This document shows, one piece after another, positions 42,880 through 53,633 of a stretch of DNA of 64,000 nt. Each line of letters begins with the position of its first letter. The first letter of the stretch is position 1. A program made the position numbers and the translations under genes. A model generated the notes under the pieces. The model worked only from the letters and a program-made list of their open reading frames with translations, was not told the origin of the DNA and searched no databases. The DNA lies in NCBI GenBank assembly GCA_937925695.1, contig CALAMD010000055.1, positions 116,681 to 180,680 on the forward strand, read 5' to 3'. The DNA is from an uncultured Bacillaceae bacterium. Lineage in GTDB: Bacteria; Bacillota; Bacilli; Bacillales; Amphibacillaceae.

Positions 42880-43953
42880 TTATTGTTCGATGCGTTTCGT
42901 ACCTAAATACCGTTCTTTCCAGTAAGAATTACTTAAGTTACTAATAACAACCCCAGTCGATGCTCCGGCATGGATAAATTGATCATTTCCCAAATATATG
43001 CCCACATGGGATGGACCTGGCTTATATGTTTCAAAAAAGACAAGGTTCCCAACGGATAAATCATCAGCAGGCTGGGAAAAATTCCAGATTTCATTAACTG
43101 TTCGAGGAATTGTCATATCTTGTTCTTGATATACATACTGGATAAACCCGCTACAATCAAAACCACTTGGTGAATCGCCACCCCAAACATAAGGAGTACC
43201 AATCAAAGACCGGGCAGTTTCAATAATTTCACCATTGGATGACGATGTTGTTGGAACTGTTTTTATTTCTGGTTCATCTTTTTCTGCTTTTTCTTGAATA
43301 GTCTCATCAATTGATTCTTTTTCTGGATCTAGCAGCATTTGTTCTTTCAGTTCTATTGTCTGTTCGTTAGCGTCAGCTTCTGCTTGAACGGGCTCATATA
43401 GTGTCTCAAGGGATTCTTGTGTTACTTCTGTCGTTAACTCAATGCCATGTTCTTCTTCAGCAATTTCTAACGCTTTTGCTGTTAATGGTCCATAGATACC
43501 ATCGATTTCTCCTTCATAGTAACCGAAATAGGTTAATGCCTCTTGAACAATTTTCACATCTTCGCCATGCATACCAGGATTGACAGTTGAAGATAAATGC
43601 TTTAATCGATTTAAATATAAATCTTTTTCTACTGCAATTAACGCAAGAACTGTTTCTTGATCCGTTTGTCCAGTAACGGAGATATCGTGATCTGCTTGAA
43701 ATTTCTTAACAGCGTGTTCGGTTAAGATGCCATAATTTCCATCAATCTCATCTTCATAATATGATAATTTATTTAATTTTTTCTGAAGCACCCGTACGAT
43801 TTCACCATGATGGCCATAACCAAGTTGTTCCGCTTCTTCTAACATTTTGTTTTGCAAGACAGGATAAAAATCGATATAAGAGGCGAACGGTTGACTGAGC
43901 AATAGACTATAAAGAAATGAGTGCTTAATGACACGATCTACAGTACCATTCAT
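42880..43953 (-). CDS. NlpC/P60 (C40) peptidase with two peptidoglycan-binding domains
   Basis: Two IDG.YG..T repeats; PYVWGG..PSGFDCSGF, HVGIY, FIHA. Confidence 0.9.
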   Translation of the reverse strand: MNGTVDRVIKHSFLYSLLLSQPFASYIDFYPVLQNKMLEEAEQLGYGHHGEIVRVLQKKLNKLSYYEDEIDGNYGILTEHAVKKFQADHDISVTGQTDQETVLALIAVEKDLYLNRLKHLSSTVNPGMHGEDVKIVQEALTYFGYYEGEIDGIYGPLTAKALEIAEEEHGIELTTEVTQESLETLYEPVQAEADANEQTIELKEQMLLDPEKESIDETIQEKAEKDEPEIKTVPTTSSSNGEIIETARSLIGTPYVWGGDSPSGFDCSGFIQYVYQEQDMTIPRTVNEIWNFSQPADDLSVGNLVFFETYKPGPSHVGIYLGNDQFIHAGASTGVVISNLSNSYWKERYLGTKRIEQ

Positions 43954-44070
43954 TAAAAAAATCCCCTTTCTTAGCTGACACTAATAAAATTTATGATAAA
44001 ATAAAACTTTATATGTATTTCGTTTATGTTACAATAGCTTGTAGTAAGTTTATAAAAGGTGGTTATTGGC

Positions 44071-45027
44071 ATGGTAAAAAATGAACAAGCCTATTTAGAT
44101 TTATGTCAACATGTACTTGAAAATGGCGTAAAAAGAGATGACCGTACAAATACTGGTACCTATTCCGTATTTGGTCACCAAATGCGTTTTGATTTAAGTG
44201 ATGGCTTTCCTTTATTAACAACGAAAAGAGTTGCTTTTAGATTAGTAGCCAGTGAACTGCTCTGGTTTATTAAAGGCGATACAAATATACGTTATTTACT
44301 TGAACATAATAATAATATATGGAACGAATGGGCATTTGAAAAGTGGGTTACAAGCGATCAATATGACGGCCCGGATATGACCGATTTTGCTCATCGGAGT
44401 CTTCGGGATCCTGAATTTAAAGAGCTTTACGACGAGCAAATGGATATTTTCAAACAAAGAATCCTTGAAGATGATGAGTTTGCTGCTGAATTTGGCGATT
44501 TAGGAAATGTCTATGGTAAACAATGGCGTGCCTGGAAAACCTCGCAAAATGAGACCATTGATCAGTTAAAAGATGTCATTGAATCGATCCGAACGAATCC
44601 AAATTCTCGAAGACATATCGTCACAGCTTGGAATCCTGAAGATATTCCCAATATGGCATTGCCACCATGTCACACACTGTTTCAATTTTATGTGGCGGGT
44701 GGAAAATTATCCTGTCAGCTGTATCAACGCAGTGCTGATCTATTTCTTGGTGTGCCATTTAATATTGCGAGTTATGCCTTACTGACTCATCTGATTGCTC
44801 ATGAATGTGACTTAGAAGTCGGTGAGTTTGTACATACACTTGGTGATGTCCATATTTATAGCAACCATGTTGATCAAGTAAAATTACAGCTCAGTCGTGA
44901 TATTAAACAAGCACCAACATTAATTTTAAACAAGGATAAAAAATCAATCTTTGACTTTGAATTATCCGATTTTACAATTGAAAATTATGATCCTCATCCT
45001 GCGATTAAAGCACCAATTGCTGTCTAG
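44071..45027 (+). CDS. thyA: Thymidylate synthase (long type)
   Basis: [31 protein letters not shown]; uninterrupted. Confidence 0.97.
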   Translation: MVKNEQAYLDLCQHVLENGVKRDDRTNTGTYSVFGHQMRFDLSDGFPLLTTKRVAFRLVASELLWFIKGDTNIRYLLEHNNNIWNEWAFEKWVTSDQYDGPDMTDFAHRSLRDPEFKELYDEQMDIFKQRILEDDEFAAEFGDLGNVYGKQWRAWKTSQNETIDQLKDVIESIRTNPNSRRHIVTAWNPEDIPNMALPPCHTLFQFYVAGGKLSCQLYQRSADLFLGVPFNIASYALLTHLIAHECDLEVGEFVHTLGDVHIYSNHVDQVKLQLSRDIKQAPTLILNKDKKSIFDFELSDFTIENYDPHPAIKAPIAV

Positions 45028-45065
45028 TGATGAGAAATTCTCAAGAAAGAAAGACAGGTGTTAGC

Positions 45066-45557
45066 ATGATTTCGTTGTTGGTAGCCATGGATAAAAACAA
45101 CGTCATTGGTTACAAAAATGATTTACCTTGGCATTTGCCAAGGGATCTCAAATACTTTAAGGAAAAAACAACTGGACATACGATCATTATGGGGCGAAAA
45201 ACATTTGAATCCATTGGTCGACCATTGCCAAACCGTCACAATATCGTGGTAACGAGAAATAAGACCTTTGTTCCAGAGGGTGTTGAAGTCATTCATGACT
45301 TAGCGACGATTTGGCAGCTTAATGACGAGTCCCCAAGAGAAGAATTGTTTATTATAGGGGGTGCCGAATTATATCGACAAGCACTACCCCATGCTGATCG
45401 CTTATATATTACTAAGATTGAAGAAACATTTGAAGGGGATACTTACTTTCCGGTTTTTTCGGAAGACGAGTGGGAGTTAACGAAAAAAGAACAAGGTATC
45501 CAAGATGAAAATAATCCTTATGAATACTATTTTTTACAATACGAACGAAAGAAGTAA
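45066..45557 (+). CDS. dfrA: Dihydrofolate reductase
   Basis: LPWHLPRD, MGRKTFESIGRPLPNR, IIGG, GDTYFP; start ATG 45066. Confidence 0.96.
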   Translation: MISLLVAMDKNNVIGYKNDLPWHLPRDLKYFKEKTTGHTIIMGRKTFESIGRPLPNRHNIVVTRNKTFVPEGVEVIHDLATIWQLNDESPREELFIIGGAELYRQALPHADRLYITKIEETFEGDTYFPVFSEDEWELTKKEQGIQDENNPYEYYFLQYERKK

Positions 45558-45706
45558 ATAATATCCTCATGGTTGTAAGCATTTTAACTTGTCCAAATAT
45601 AGGTAATCATGGTAAACTAGGAACTAATCATTGTTATGTTACGCTAGTCATATGATTATGTATAAAAAAGATCAAAAATTCACAACAAAGGGTAGGGGTG
45701 AGTTAA

Positions 45707-45892
45707 ATGGGACCGAGTGCAATTGGCGTTCCAGGTCTAATCTTAATTGTCATTGTTGCCTTGATTATTTTTGGTCCATCTAAATTACCGGAAATCGGAA
45801 GAGCCGCTGGTAATTCATTAAGAGAGTTTAAGAATGCAACAAAAGGTATTGTAAATGATGAGTCAACCGAAGATAAGCAAGATGACAAGTAA
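45707..45892 (+). CDS. tatA: Twin-arginine translocase TatA
   Basis: TM helix, [10 protein letters not shown]...G..LREFK. Confidence 0.95.
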   Translation: MGPSAIGVPGLILIVIVALIIFGPSKLPEIGRAAGNSLREFKNATKGIVNDESTEDKQDDK

Positions 45893-45907
45893 ATAAATAC
45901 GATTTAC

Positions 45908-45948
45908 AGGGTGTAGGGATTTTTTTGCCTACATCTTCTTTTTTGTTT
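45908..45948 (+). terminator. Intercistronic terminator-like hairpin between tatA and tatC
   Basis: AGGGTGTAGG/CCTACATCTT stem followed by CTTTTTTGTTT. Confidence 0.55.
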
Positions 45949-45968
45949 GGAACAAAAGGGGTGAGGCC

Positions 45969-46721
45969 ATGTCTACAAGTACTGAACAAGTCAATGATAA
46001 AGAAATGCATGTCATTGATCATTTAGCCGAGTTAAGGAATCGTTTAATTTTTACTGCTGTGTTTTTTGTTATTTTCTTTGCGTTAGGTTTTATTTTTGTC
46101 GAGGAAATTTATCACTTCTTTCAAAAGGATTTTTCTTTTGATCTACATATAACAAGTCCTGGTGAAATTATTTGGATTTATATTACGATTGCAGGTGTGA
46201 CGGCTATTGTCGGGACACTTCCAATTCTCTGTGTGCAATTATGGTTATTTGTTAAACCTGGATTAACTAAAAAAGAGCGTAAAGTATCCTTGTCATATAT
46301 TCCAGCAGTTGTACTCTTATTTATCATCGGGTTAATTTTTGGCTATTTTATGTTTGTTCAGCTTATTTTGCCTTTCTTACTTTCATTAAATGATGGGATG
46401 TTTCAACAAATATTTACGGTTGAAGGGTATTTTCGGTTTATGTTTCGGATTATTTTACCCTTTGCTTTTCTATTTGAAATACCTATTATGATCATGTTTT
46501 TAACGAGTTTAGGTATTGTTACACCACAATTACTAAAGAAAATGCGAAAATACGCATATTTTATACTACTTGTCGTGGCTGCCTTGATTACGCCACCAGA
46601 TTTGTTTTTACACCTGCTGGTCGTCTTTCCATTATTCATGTTATATGAAATTAGCATCTATTTAGCTAGTTTCGTTTACCGGCGAAAACAGGAAAGACAC
46701 GAAGCATTTATGAATTCATAG
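45969..46721 (+). CDS. tatC: Twin-arginine translocase TatC
   Basis: HLAELRNRL, FVKPGL..KER, FEIP, ITPPD, LYEISI. Confidence 0.95.
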   Translation: MSTSTEQVNDKEMHVIDHLAELRNRLIFTAVFFVIFFALGFIFVEEIYHFFQKDFSFDLHITSPGEIIWIYITIAGVTAIVGTLPILCVQLWLFVKPGLTKKERKVSLSYIPAVVLLFIIGLIFGYFMFVQLILPFLLSLNDGMFQQIFTVEGYFRFMFRIILPFAFLFEIPIMIMFLTSLGIVTPQLLKKMRKYAYFILLVVAALITPPDLFLHLLVVFPLFMLYEISIYLASFVYRRKQERHEAFMNS

Positions 46722-46731
46722 AGGTGGATTT

Positions 46732-46950
46732 ATGCTAACGTTTTATCAATTTTTACTCACTTTTCGCGGTCGAAAGCAACCAAATGATCAAAGTCGTTTG
46801 GCCGATTGGTGTTTTCATGATCACGACTTTCCTAAACAGTCTACAGATTATGATGAATTAAGTAGTTATCTTGAATACAACAGTCCATTTCCTAATGCCC
46901 TACAAACATTTGATGAACTATGGGAAATATATCAATTAAAAATGCAATGA
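46732..46950 (+). CDS. yozE: YozE family protein (UPF0346)
   Basis: FYQFLLTFRG, DHDFPKQS.DYDELSSYLE, FDELW. Confidence 0.9.
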   Translation: MLTFYQFLLTFRGRKQPNDQSRLADWCFHDHDFPKQSTDYDELSSYLEYNSPFPNALQTFDELWEIYQLKMQ

Positions 46951-47027
46951 TTGAGAGCTCTGATTTTTGAACTGCCTCCAGTTTAGTATCCAAGGAAATA
47001 AACAAAATGGTTTGCCATGTATGATAT

Positions 47028-47375
47028 TCATGCATGGCTTTTTTCATCATTCATGTGAACAGAAACAACTTGTTCAAAGGCAATTGTTTGTTGAGTTGAG
47101 TCTTTTTGCTCGATCACTAATTGCTGTTCGTGCGTTTTTATGTTGGTAATCGTACCTTGTATTTCTTCTATTCGCCCATCATGATAGATAGCTATCGTGA
47201 CGGGCAATTTTTGCTGGAATGCTTCAACCAATTGTTCATTGATCGATTCTAATTCCTGTGGATCCAGTAAGGGTTTAGTTGTTTTTTCTGTTTCACTCCA
47301 CATATTTTTCAAACGCTCAACATGTTCAGGAAGCATAAGTGAAGTCCATTTAATTGTTCCACGATCCTTTAACAT
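47028..47375 (-). CDS. YolD-like protein
   Basis: DRGTIKWTSLMLPEH signature, KPLLD. Confidence 0.9.
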   Translation of the reverse strand: MLKDRGTIKWTSLMLPEHVERLKNMWSETEKTTKPLLDPQELESINEQLVEAFQQKLPVTIAIYHDGRIEEIQGTITNIKTHEQQLVIEQKDSTQQTIAFEQVVSVHMNDEKSHA

Positions 47376-47403
47376 TTATATCATCTCCTAATAACATTAT
47401 ATA

Positions 47404-47417
47404 CGAACACGTGTTCT
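47404..47417. promoter_or_regulatory. LexA (Cheo/SOS) box inside the promoter of the yolD-like gene
   Basis: CGAACACGTGTTCT lies between minus-strand TTGACA (47421-47426) and TATAAT (47396-47401). Confidence 0.9.
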
Positions 47418-47655
47418 TTTTGTCAATTATATTATTTCACTTGATTAAACTGATACATAATCTGTCGTAATTTGGCGGATAATCAGACTAATTATGTGAA
47501 AATTCAACATGTATATTGATAAAACTACGATCCATGGGGATTCCTGCGGTTGCCCGGGAAATAATGAAACGAAAGGGAACAAGTTGTAGCCTACACTATT
47601 TTAAAACCAAAAACGTACAATAACCTAGATCATTATCGGCAAAGGAGGCACTGCA

Positions 47656-48120
47656 ATGATATTTCCCAGACAGCAACCACCACACCCGATGCATCTGTAC
47701 GGTCCGATGCATCCGATGAGACCTTACCATCATACAGCTACACCAACTAATCCACTTCAGCAAATCATGGGCTATTTTTCTAAAGGAAATGTACCAGGGT
47801 ACGGCACATCTTTAACGACCAAAGGGATACATGGACTTTCTAGTACATTAAATAATGTGCAACAAGTACTTAGAGTCGTTCAATCAGCCACACCGATCAT
47901 TCAAGAATACGGACCTTTAATTAAAAATTTACCCGCCATGTATAAAATGTATAAAGCGATGAAAGACATAAATGATGAAGATGAGGAAAAAGAAATAAAT
48001 GAACTAAAATCAGAAACAGAACTAGATCAAACGGACGTAAGTGATCAGAAACCAATTAAAAAACAAGCACCTCAAACCGATCAACAGAAAGGACAATCCA
48101 TTCCAAAGTTGTATATTTAA
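47656..48120 (+). CDS. VrrA/YqfQ family protein
   Basis: Pro/Gln-rich N-terminus, LNNVQQVL...PIIQEYGPLIKNLPAM, C-terminal PKLYI. Confidence 0.85.
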   Translation: MIFPRQQPPHPMHLYGPMHPMRPYHHTATPTNPLQQIMGYFSKGNVPGYGTSLTTKGIHGLSSTLNNVQQVLRVVQSATPIIQEYGPLIKNLPAMYKMYKAMKDINDEDEEKEINELKSETELDQTDVSDQKPIKKQAPQTDQQKGQSIPKLYI

Positions 48121-48201
48121 CGTTAAAGCCAATGTACTTGCATTTTTTACAAATAAACGAAAGAATAGAACATAAATGAACCAATTGGAGGGTAAACATA
48201 A

Positions 48202-49170
48202 ATGGATAATAATTATGAACTAGCCACTTTTGCTGGCGGTTGCTTTTGGTGTATGGTCGATCCCTTTGATAAACGACCCGGCATTATCAAGGTTGTTTCA
48301 GGATATACTGGTGGCCATGTAGAAAATCCTACCTATGAACAAGTAACATCACAGACAACGGGCCACGTTGAAGCTGTACAAATTACATTCGATCCAACGA
48401 TCATGTCATATGAAAAATTAGTAGAAATATATTGGCAACAGATCGATCCTACTGATCCTGGTGGGCAGTTTAATGACCGTGGTGAATCTTATCAAACAGC
48501 GATCTTTTACCATAATGAAGAGCAAAAAAGAATTGCTGAAGCATCTAAACAATCCCTAGCTGAAAGTGGTAAATTTTCTAAACCAATCGTAACGAAAATT
48601 TTGCCTGCAAAGCCTTTTTACGAAGCAGAAGAAGACCATCAAAATTATTATCAAAAACAACCCTTCCATTATCAGCTTTATAAGAAAGGTTCAGGAAGAG
48701 AAGCGTTTATTGAGAAACATTGGCGGAAAAAATATGATAAAGAAGAATTAAAAAAGAAATTAACTCCGATGCAATATCGAGTAACCCAAGAAGATGCAAC
48801 TGAACCACCTTTTCAAAATGAATATTGGGACCACGAAGAAGAGGGTATTTATGTCGATATTGTCTCCGGTGAAGTATTGTTCTCATCAAAGGATAAATTC
48901 GATGCCAATTGTGGGTGGCCAAGTTTTACAAAACCTGTAGATGGCAGTCAAATTGTTGAAAAACTTGATACATCCCACGGGATGATTCGAACTGAAGTGA
49001 GAAGCAGAGAGGCTGATTCCCACTTAGGACACGTCTTTAATGACGGCCCTAGAGAACATGGCGGACTTCGTTACTGTATCAACTCAGCAGCATTACGTTT
49101 TATTCCGAAAGAAAAAATGGATGCCGAGGGTTATGGAGACTATTTATTTCTGTTCAAAAACACAGATTAA
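48202..49170 (+). CDS. msrAB: Fused methionine sulfoxide reductase MsrA-MsrB
   Basis: [15 protein letters not shown] (MsrA); GWPSF, HLGHVF.DGP, RYCINS (MsrB). Confidence 0.95.
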   Translation: MDNNYELATFAGGCFWCMVDPFDKRPGIIKVVSGYTGGHVENPTYEQVTSQTTGHVEAVQITFDPTIMSYEKLVEIYWQQIDPTDPGGQFNDRGESYQTAIFYHNEEQKRIAEASKQSLAESGKFSKPIVTKILPAKPFYEAEEDHQNYYQKQPFHYQLYKKGSGREAFIEKHWRKKYDKEELKKKLTPMQYRVTQEDATEPPFQNEYWDHEEEGIYVDIVSGEVLFSSKDKFDANCGWPSFTKPVDGSQIVEKLDTSHGMIRTEVRSREADSHLGHVFNDGPREHGGLRYCINSAALRFIPKEKMDAEGYGDYLFLFKNTD

Positions 49171-49235
49171 GTTTACGATAATTAGATTATGTTAACTTTA
49201 ATGATAATTATTCACAAAAGGGGATGACTTAACAA

Positions 49236-49439
49236 ATGATCCATTATGAATGGGAAAATAAAGAAACAATCAAACAAGTAAAATGTGTTCATACAAATGC
49301 CGCCAAATATATCGTCCATAACAAATTAACACCAGGAAAAGTTTATGATGTCAAAAATGAAACAGATGATTTTTATTTCATAATTGATGATTCCAACCGT
49401 ATCGGTGGTTTTTTTAAGGAATATTTTGAAGAAAAATAA
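49236..49439 (+). CDS. Small conserved Bacillales protein (DUF6501-like)
   Basis: GGGGA RBS; MIH..W....TIK.VKCVHTNA.KY pattern; downstream terminator. Confidence 0.75.
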   Translation: MIHYEWENKETIKQVKCVHTNAAKYIVHNKLTPGKVYDVKNETDDFYFIIDDSNRIGGFFKEYFEEK

Positions 49440-49555
49440 TAACAGGGCTATTCCCTGTTATTTTTTATTTAAATACTCATTTTGTCGTATTTTATCGACA
49501 ATAGAATAATGGTATAATGAACTAAATCAGTAGACATCCTAAGGGGGCTTGTTCA

Positions 49556-50110
49556 TTGAAGAAAATTTTCTTTGTTAGACACTGTTTAGCCACTGGACAA
49601 CATAAAGATGCACCGTTAACTCAAAAGGGAGTAAAGCAATCCTATCAGCTCGCACAATTTTTCAGTGAACAACGCTTTCCAATTGATAGAATTATTTCCA
49701 GTCCATATTTACGAGCGATCGATACGATTAAACCTTATGCTGAACAACAAGGGATTGCCATCGAACTTGATCATCGCTTAGAGGAACGCATCCTAAGTGG
49801 TGATCCAATAGATGATTGGTTTGAAATGTTAGCCTATTCGTTTGTCAACAAAGAATTTAAATTACCTGGAGGCGAATCATCCCATGAAGCTACACAGCGG
49901 GGATTGAGTGTATTAACTACTATTTTTCAAGATCATGATCATGATCATATTATCTGTGTATCCCACGGAAATTTAATCGCATTGATCATTCATTATTATG
50001 ACCAACAATTTGGGTTCGATGGCTGGCGTCGATTACAATATCCTGACTTATTCATGATGACATATACTGATCGAGTTCAATCAATTAAACATATAGAATT
50101 AGAGATATAA
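49556..50110 (+). CDS. Histidine phosphatase family protein
   Basis: VRHC, SSPYLRA, GGES, SHGN. Confidence 0.9.
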   Translation: MKKIFFVRHCLATGQHKDAPLTQKGVKQSYQLAQFFSEQRFPIDRIISSPYLRAIDTIKPYAEQQGIAIELDHRLEERILSGDPIDDWFEMLAYSFVNKEFKLPGGESSHEATQRGLSVLTTIFQDHDHDHIICVSHGNLIALIIHYYDQQFGFDGWRRLQYPDLFMMTYTDRVQSIKHIELEI

Positions 50111-51289
50111 ATTTGCCAACATAATTCCTAAACTATTTTCATATATTTCTGGAAATTGTTCGATTGGCAATGGATTCATTCCCCGTCCCAATTCAATCGT
50201 GAAACCCGGACGGCGAAAATCTTGAATAAACCAATCCTTATAACCGGCATAACTGTCTGTATATTGAATCGGTTCATAACCACTGACCCGGGCATATTCA
50301 TTAGCAATAACCTCTGATTCAGGAGGTTCGAGTCCTTCAAATCCCCAAAAGATAACTTCACCTTGGGTATGAAACGCATTTACTCGGCTAAAATTACTTA
50401 CACTCGTATAATTAGCGATCGCCATGGCTTCAGGTTCTGATAAAGGGTAGGGGCCCGGATAATCACGTGGAGCTGGTTGCTTAGGTTTACGTTCTGCTTC
50501 AATTTCCCACTCGGCTGGAAATTGATTATTTAAATCAACACCACGAATATTAGCCTTCCAATTAGAAAAGTCTTCACTTTCGCCATTGATGGCTAACACC
50601 TCCGTTGAATATTGACCGGCAGCTGATATGCCATCAATCACCAAATCTACTCCATCTGGATTTACCATTGGTATAACTGACAAATTCGTTTCAAGGAATA
50701 AAGGTAACATATAAAGCCCTCTAATTGGTTCATTATTCGTCAATGCAAGCAAGTAATCATTGACAAATCTCATGATGATCGGGGTTGTAATCCATTCATT
50801 GGCGTGAAAAGAACCATTTATATGAACATTTTTCATACCAGTTCCAATTTGTAAAGCGACAAGATTTTTCCCCAACACCGATCTACCAATCATTTGTTGT
50901 TGAATAAATGGATAAATGGATATTAATTCTTCAATATGAGCAATCATTTTTGCATATGTATAGTTATTGATATCATCAACGATTAAATTTGTCACCCGCT
51001 GCGGTAACATGATGTTCTGGCCTATTTGTAATTGATTCGGATTAATTTGCTGATTAACTAGCAATAACGAATCAACTGTAAGGTTATGTTGATTTGCTAT
51101 AGTCCATAACGAATCATTAGCTTTAATAGTATACTCATGTAAAACATATCCCGGAATAAGAATCCGTTGACCGATATTTAACAAGGCTGGGTCAACCCCG
51201 GGATTGGATTGCTCAATTAACACCAAAGGTATATTAAATAATTCACTATAATACCACAATGAATCATGAGGTCGCACAAATATTTCCAT
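50099..51289 (-). CDS. M14 gamma-D-glutamyl-meso-DAP endopeptidase with two LysM domains (YqgT/endopeptidase I-like)
   Basis: Two DSLW LysM repeats, HANE, NPDG, GVDLN, HTQG, TIELG. Confidence 0.92.
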   Translation of the reverse strand: MEIFVRPHDSLWYYSELFNIPLVLIEQSNPGVDPALLNIGQRILIPGYVLHEYTIKANDSLWTIANQHNLTVDSLLLVNQQINPNQLQIGQNIMLPQRVTNLIVDDINNYTYAKMIAHIEELISIYPFIQQQMIGRSVLGKNLVALQIGTGMKNVHINGSFHANEWITTPIIMRFVNDYLLALTNNEPIRGLYMLPLFLETNLSVIPMVNPDGVDLVIDGISAAGQYSTEVLAINGESEDFSNWKANIRGVDLNNQFPAEWEIEAERKPKQPAPRDYPGPYPLSEPEAMAIANYTSVSNFSRVNAFHTQGEVIFWGFEGLEPPESEVIANEYARVSGYEPIQYTDSYAGYKDWFIQDFRRPGFTIELGRGMNPLPIEQFPEIYENSLGIMLANLYL

Positions 51290-51505
51290 ATTTTTCGCTC
51301 CTTTATTAATATCAAAGAATAGTAAATCGTATGTGAAGACAGCTAAAAAATGAACTGAAGTTTAATATTTTCTCAATCTGTTCAAAAAATAGAAATGAAT
51401 TTTGATCAAATAGTTTTATTTGAAGGTTCATCAAGAGGGTAAAGGTTTTTTAGTGTTGAACTTATGTAAAGATGAAGACAGAAAATTAACCTGGAGGGGT
51501 AGCTA

Positions 51506-51991
51506 ATGAAAATGCCAGTACATATTGTTGCTGCAGGCGGAATCGTTGAAAACGAAAAAGGTGAAATATTATTGGTAAAAACTCGTCGAGAGGGTAATTG
51601 GGTATTTCCAGGCGGCCAAATCGAAGTCGGCGAAAACTTAATAGATGGGGTAGTCAGAGAGGTTAAAGAGGAAAGCGGAATTGATGTTCATGTATTACAT
51701 TTGATAGGGGTTTATTCCAATACAGCTACATATGAAGGCCACAGTGGTGTAAAAACTATACCGACCAAGGTTATGTTTGATTTTGTCTGTGAACCAATAG
51801 GTGGCGAATTAGCAACATCTGATGAAACGTCAAAAAGTCGTTGGATTCATAAGGAGGAAGTGCTCGACATGATCACAACGCCAGCAATACGGACTCGTTT
51901 TAAAGCATATTTAGATTATAAGGGAAGTGTCCAGTATATGGACTATATAACAAAACCCCATTTTACATTAAAATTAACGAGAAATATATAA
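51506..51991 (+). CDS. Nudix hydrolase
   Basis: Nudix box GGQIEVGE...GVVREVKEESG. Confidence 0.92.
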   Translation: MKMPVHIVAAGGIVENEKGEILLVKTRREGNWVFPGGQIEVGENLIDGVVREVKEESGIDVHVLHLIGVYSNTATYEGHSGVKTIPTKVMFDFVCEPIGGELATSDETSKSRWIHKEEVLDMITTPAIRTRFKAYLDYKGSVQYMDYITKPHFTLKLTRNI

Positions 51992-52299
51992 AAGCAATCT
52001 GATAACTAATTAGTTGTATGTTTAAATCTCGACGTATACTCGTTTTGTTATTGAAGATACGATAATAATACCATTCATCTTATGAGTTAATAAAAATGAA
52101 TATTTATAATTTCCATATTATGTTATAATCATTTTATATTTGTTTAAGTACAATAATCTGATTATTGGTAATTGGGCGAATTACTTATATGTTTGTATTC
52201 AACTTGATTGGGGGAAGTCGATCAGGATGTTTACAGCCAATTAACTGCTGAAATTACTACAATGAAATATGAAAAAAGACTAAAAATGGGAGAGGTTCT

Positions 52300-53142
52300 A
52301 TGAAAATTGGTAGAAAAATAGGTGAGGGCAGTAACTCAGAAATATTTGAATATGAGAACGACAATAAAATCATAAAGTTAGCCAAACCAAATACGAATAA
52401 AGTAACAATACAAAGAGAATTTAATAATAGTTTAATTGTCTCGAAAGTCGGTTTGCCTGTACCTAAACCATATCAAGTTGTTGAGATAAATGAACGTCCT
52501 GGGATTGTATTTGAACGTATTTATGGCGTTCCTATAAAACAACTCTTATTTGAAAATTTATTTAATCTACTTAATGGAAATGAACAACAAGATAGTTGGG
52601 ATGTAATAACATCCATTGCTCGTATATTAAGTGAAGTCCACCAAATATCCAATGATGAACTACCTTCCCAAAGGGATTCCATTAAATATCAGATATTGCG
52701 CGTAGACTATTTAAGTAATAGTGAAAAGAACGCGGTTATAGGAATGCTAGAAAGATTACCTATAGATAATAAGATCTGCCATGGCGATCCCAATCCAGAT
52801 AACATATTGGTCAGCAATGAAAAAATTGTATTAATCGACTGGAATGATACGACAAAAGGCAATCCAGAAGCTGATATAGCAGAATTTGTTATTATGATTA
52901 AATTTGCAATTTTACCAGCAGATATACCGCAAGAGATAGTAAGAATTTTTGATTCCCTAAGAGAATCAATTATTGAAGTATTTATGGATGAGTACACGCG
53001 CCTTACAGGTATTACCTATGATGATATTGATCCCTGGATTGCTCCCATAGCAGCCCGAAAGCTTTCTGCTGATGCCATTTCTGAGGAAGAAAAACAATTA
53101 TTAACAAATGAGATTAGATTAAGACTCGGTAGTAAGCAATAA
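52300..53142 (+). CDS. APH/choline-kinase-like phosphotransferase
   Basis: IGEG..SEIF, CHGDPNPDNIL, IDW, GNPEADIA. Confidence 0.88.
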   Translation: MKIGRKIGEGSNSEIFEYENDNKIIKLAKPNTNKVTIQREFNNSLIVSKVGLPVPKPYQVVEINERPGIVFERIYGVPIKQLLFENLFNLLNGNEQQDSWDVITSIARILSEVHQISNDELPSQRDSIKYQILRVDYLSNSEKNAVIGMLERLPIDNKICHGDPNPDNILVSNEKIVLIDWNDTTKGNPEADIAEFVIMIKFAILPADIPQEIVRIFDSLRESIIEVFMDEYTRLTGITYDDIDPWIAPIAARKLSADAISEEEKQLLTNEIRLRLGSKQ

Positions 53143-53203
53143 ATTGGTATCTATTTATTGGGGATGAGCAGGAAATTAATAAAGATTGTGACGTTATGAG
53201 AAG

Positions 53204-53479
53204 CTATTTAATTGAAAATGTCTGATAACCAACCTGGTTTGTAGATTTCATAACATCGATATGATCTATACGAATGAGGGCATGTAGATTCGTTTTAATT
53301 TCCTGAATAAACCTTTCAATCGTTTGTTCATTACCTTCAACCTCGATCCTTACTGTACCATCATCATTATTTTTTACCCAACCAACTAACCCAAATCCAA
53401 GGGCTTTTCTTCGCACCGAATAACGAAAACCTACACCTTGAACACGGCCACTGACTATCATTTGAACATTCATCATCAA
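53204..53479 (-). CDS. acyP: Acylphosphatase
   Basis: GRVQGVGFR, GWVKNNDDGTV. Confidence 0.95.
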   Translation of the reverse strand: MMMNVQMIVSGRVQGVGFRYSVRRKALGFGLVGWVKNNDDGTVRIEVEGNEQTIERFIQEIKTNLHALIRIDHIDVMKSTNQVGYQTFSIK

Positions 53480-53557
53480 TCCACCTCATTTAGCGCTAAC
53501 ATAGTCATGCTTATATTACATGATTTATCCCATTAAGGATACAATATAAAATAGAAT

Positions 53558-53586
53558 TCATACCATTGGCGATAAATGGGAATGAT
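53558..53586 (+). promoter_or_regulatory. Candidate SigF promoter
   Basis: TCATA, 15 bp, GGGAATGAT upstream of the yhfW-like gene; loose fit to the SigF consensus. Confidence 0.3.
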
Positions 53587-53633
53587 GGTAAAGATTACTT
53601 CTATAGTTAAACTAAACGAAAGAGTGAATACCT

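Noticed and set aside
44059-45027. Intron or intein in thyA (longer than B. subtilis ThyB)
   Set aside because: The extra length is the normal insertion of long-type ThyA and the frame is continuous.
48202-49170. MsrA-MsrB fusion as a novelty
   Set aside because: The fusion is common in Firmicutes.
52300-53142. Calling the phosphotransferase an aminoglycoside resistance gene
   Set aside because: It has only the generic APH/choline kinase fold motifs; substrate cannot be inferred.
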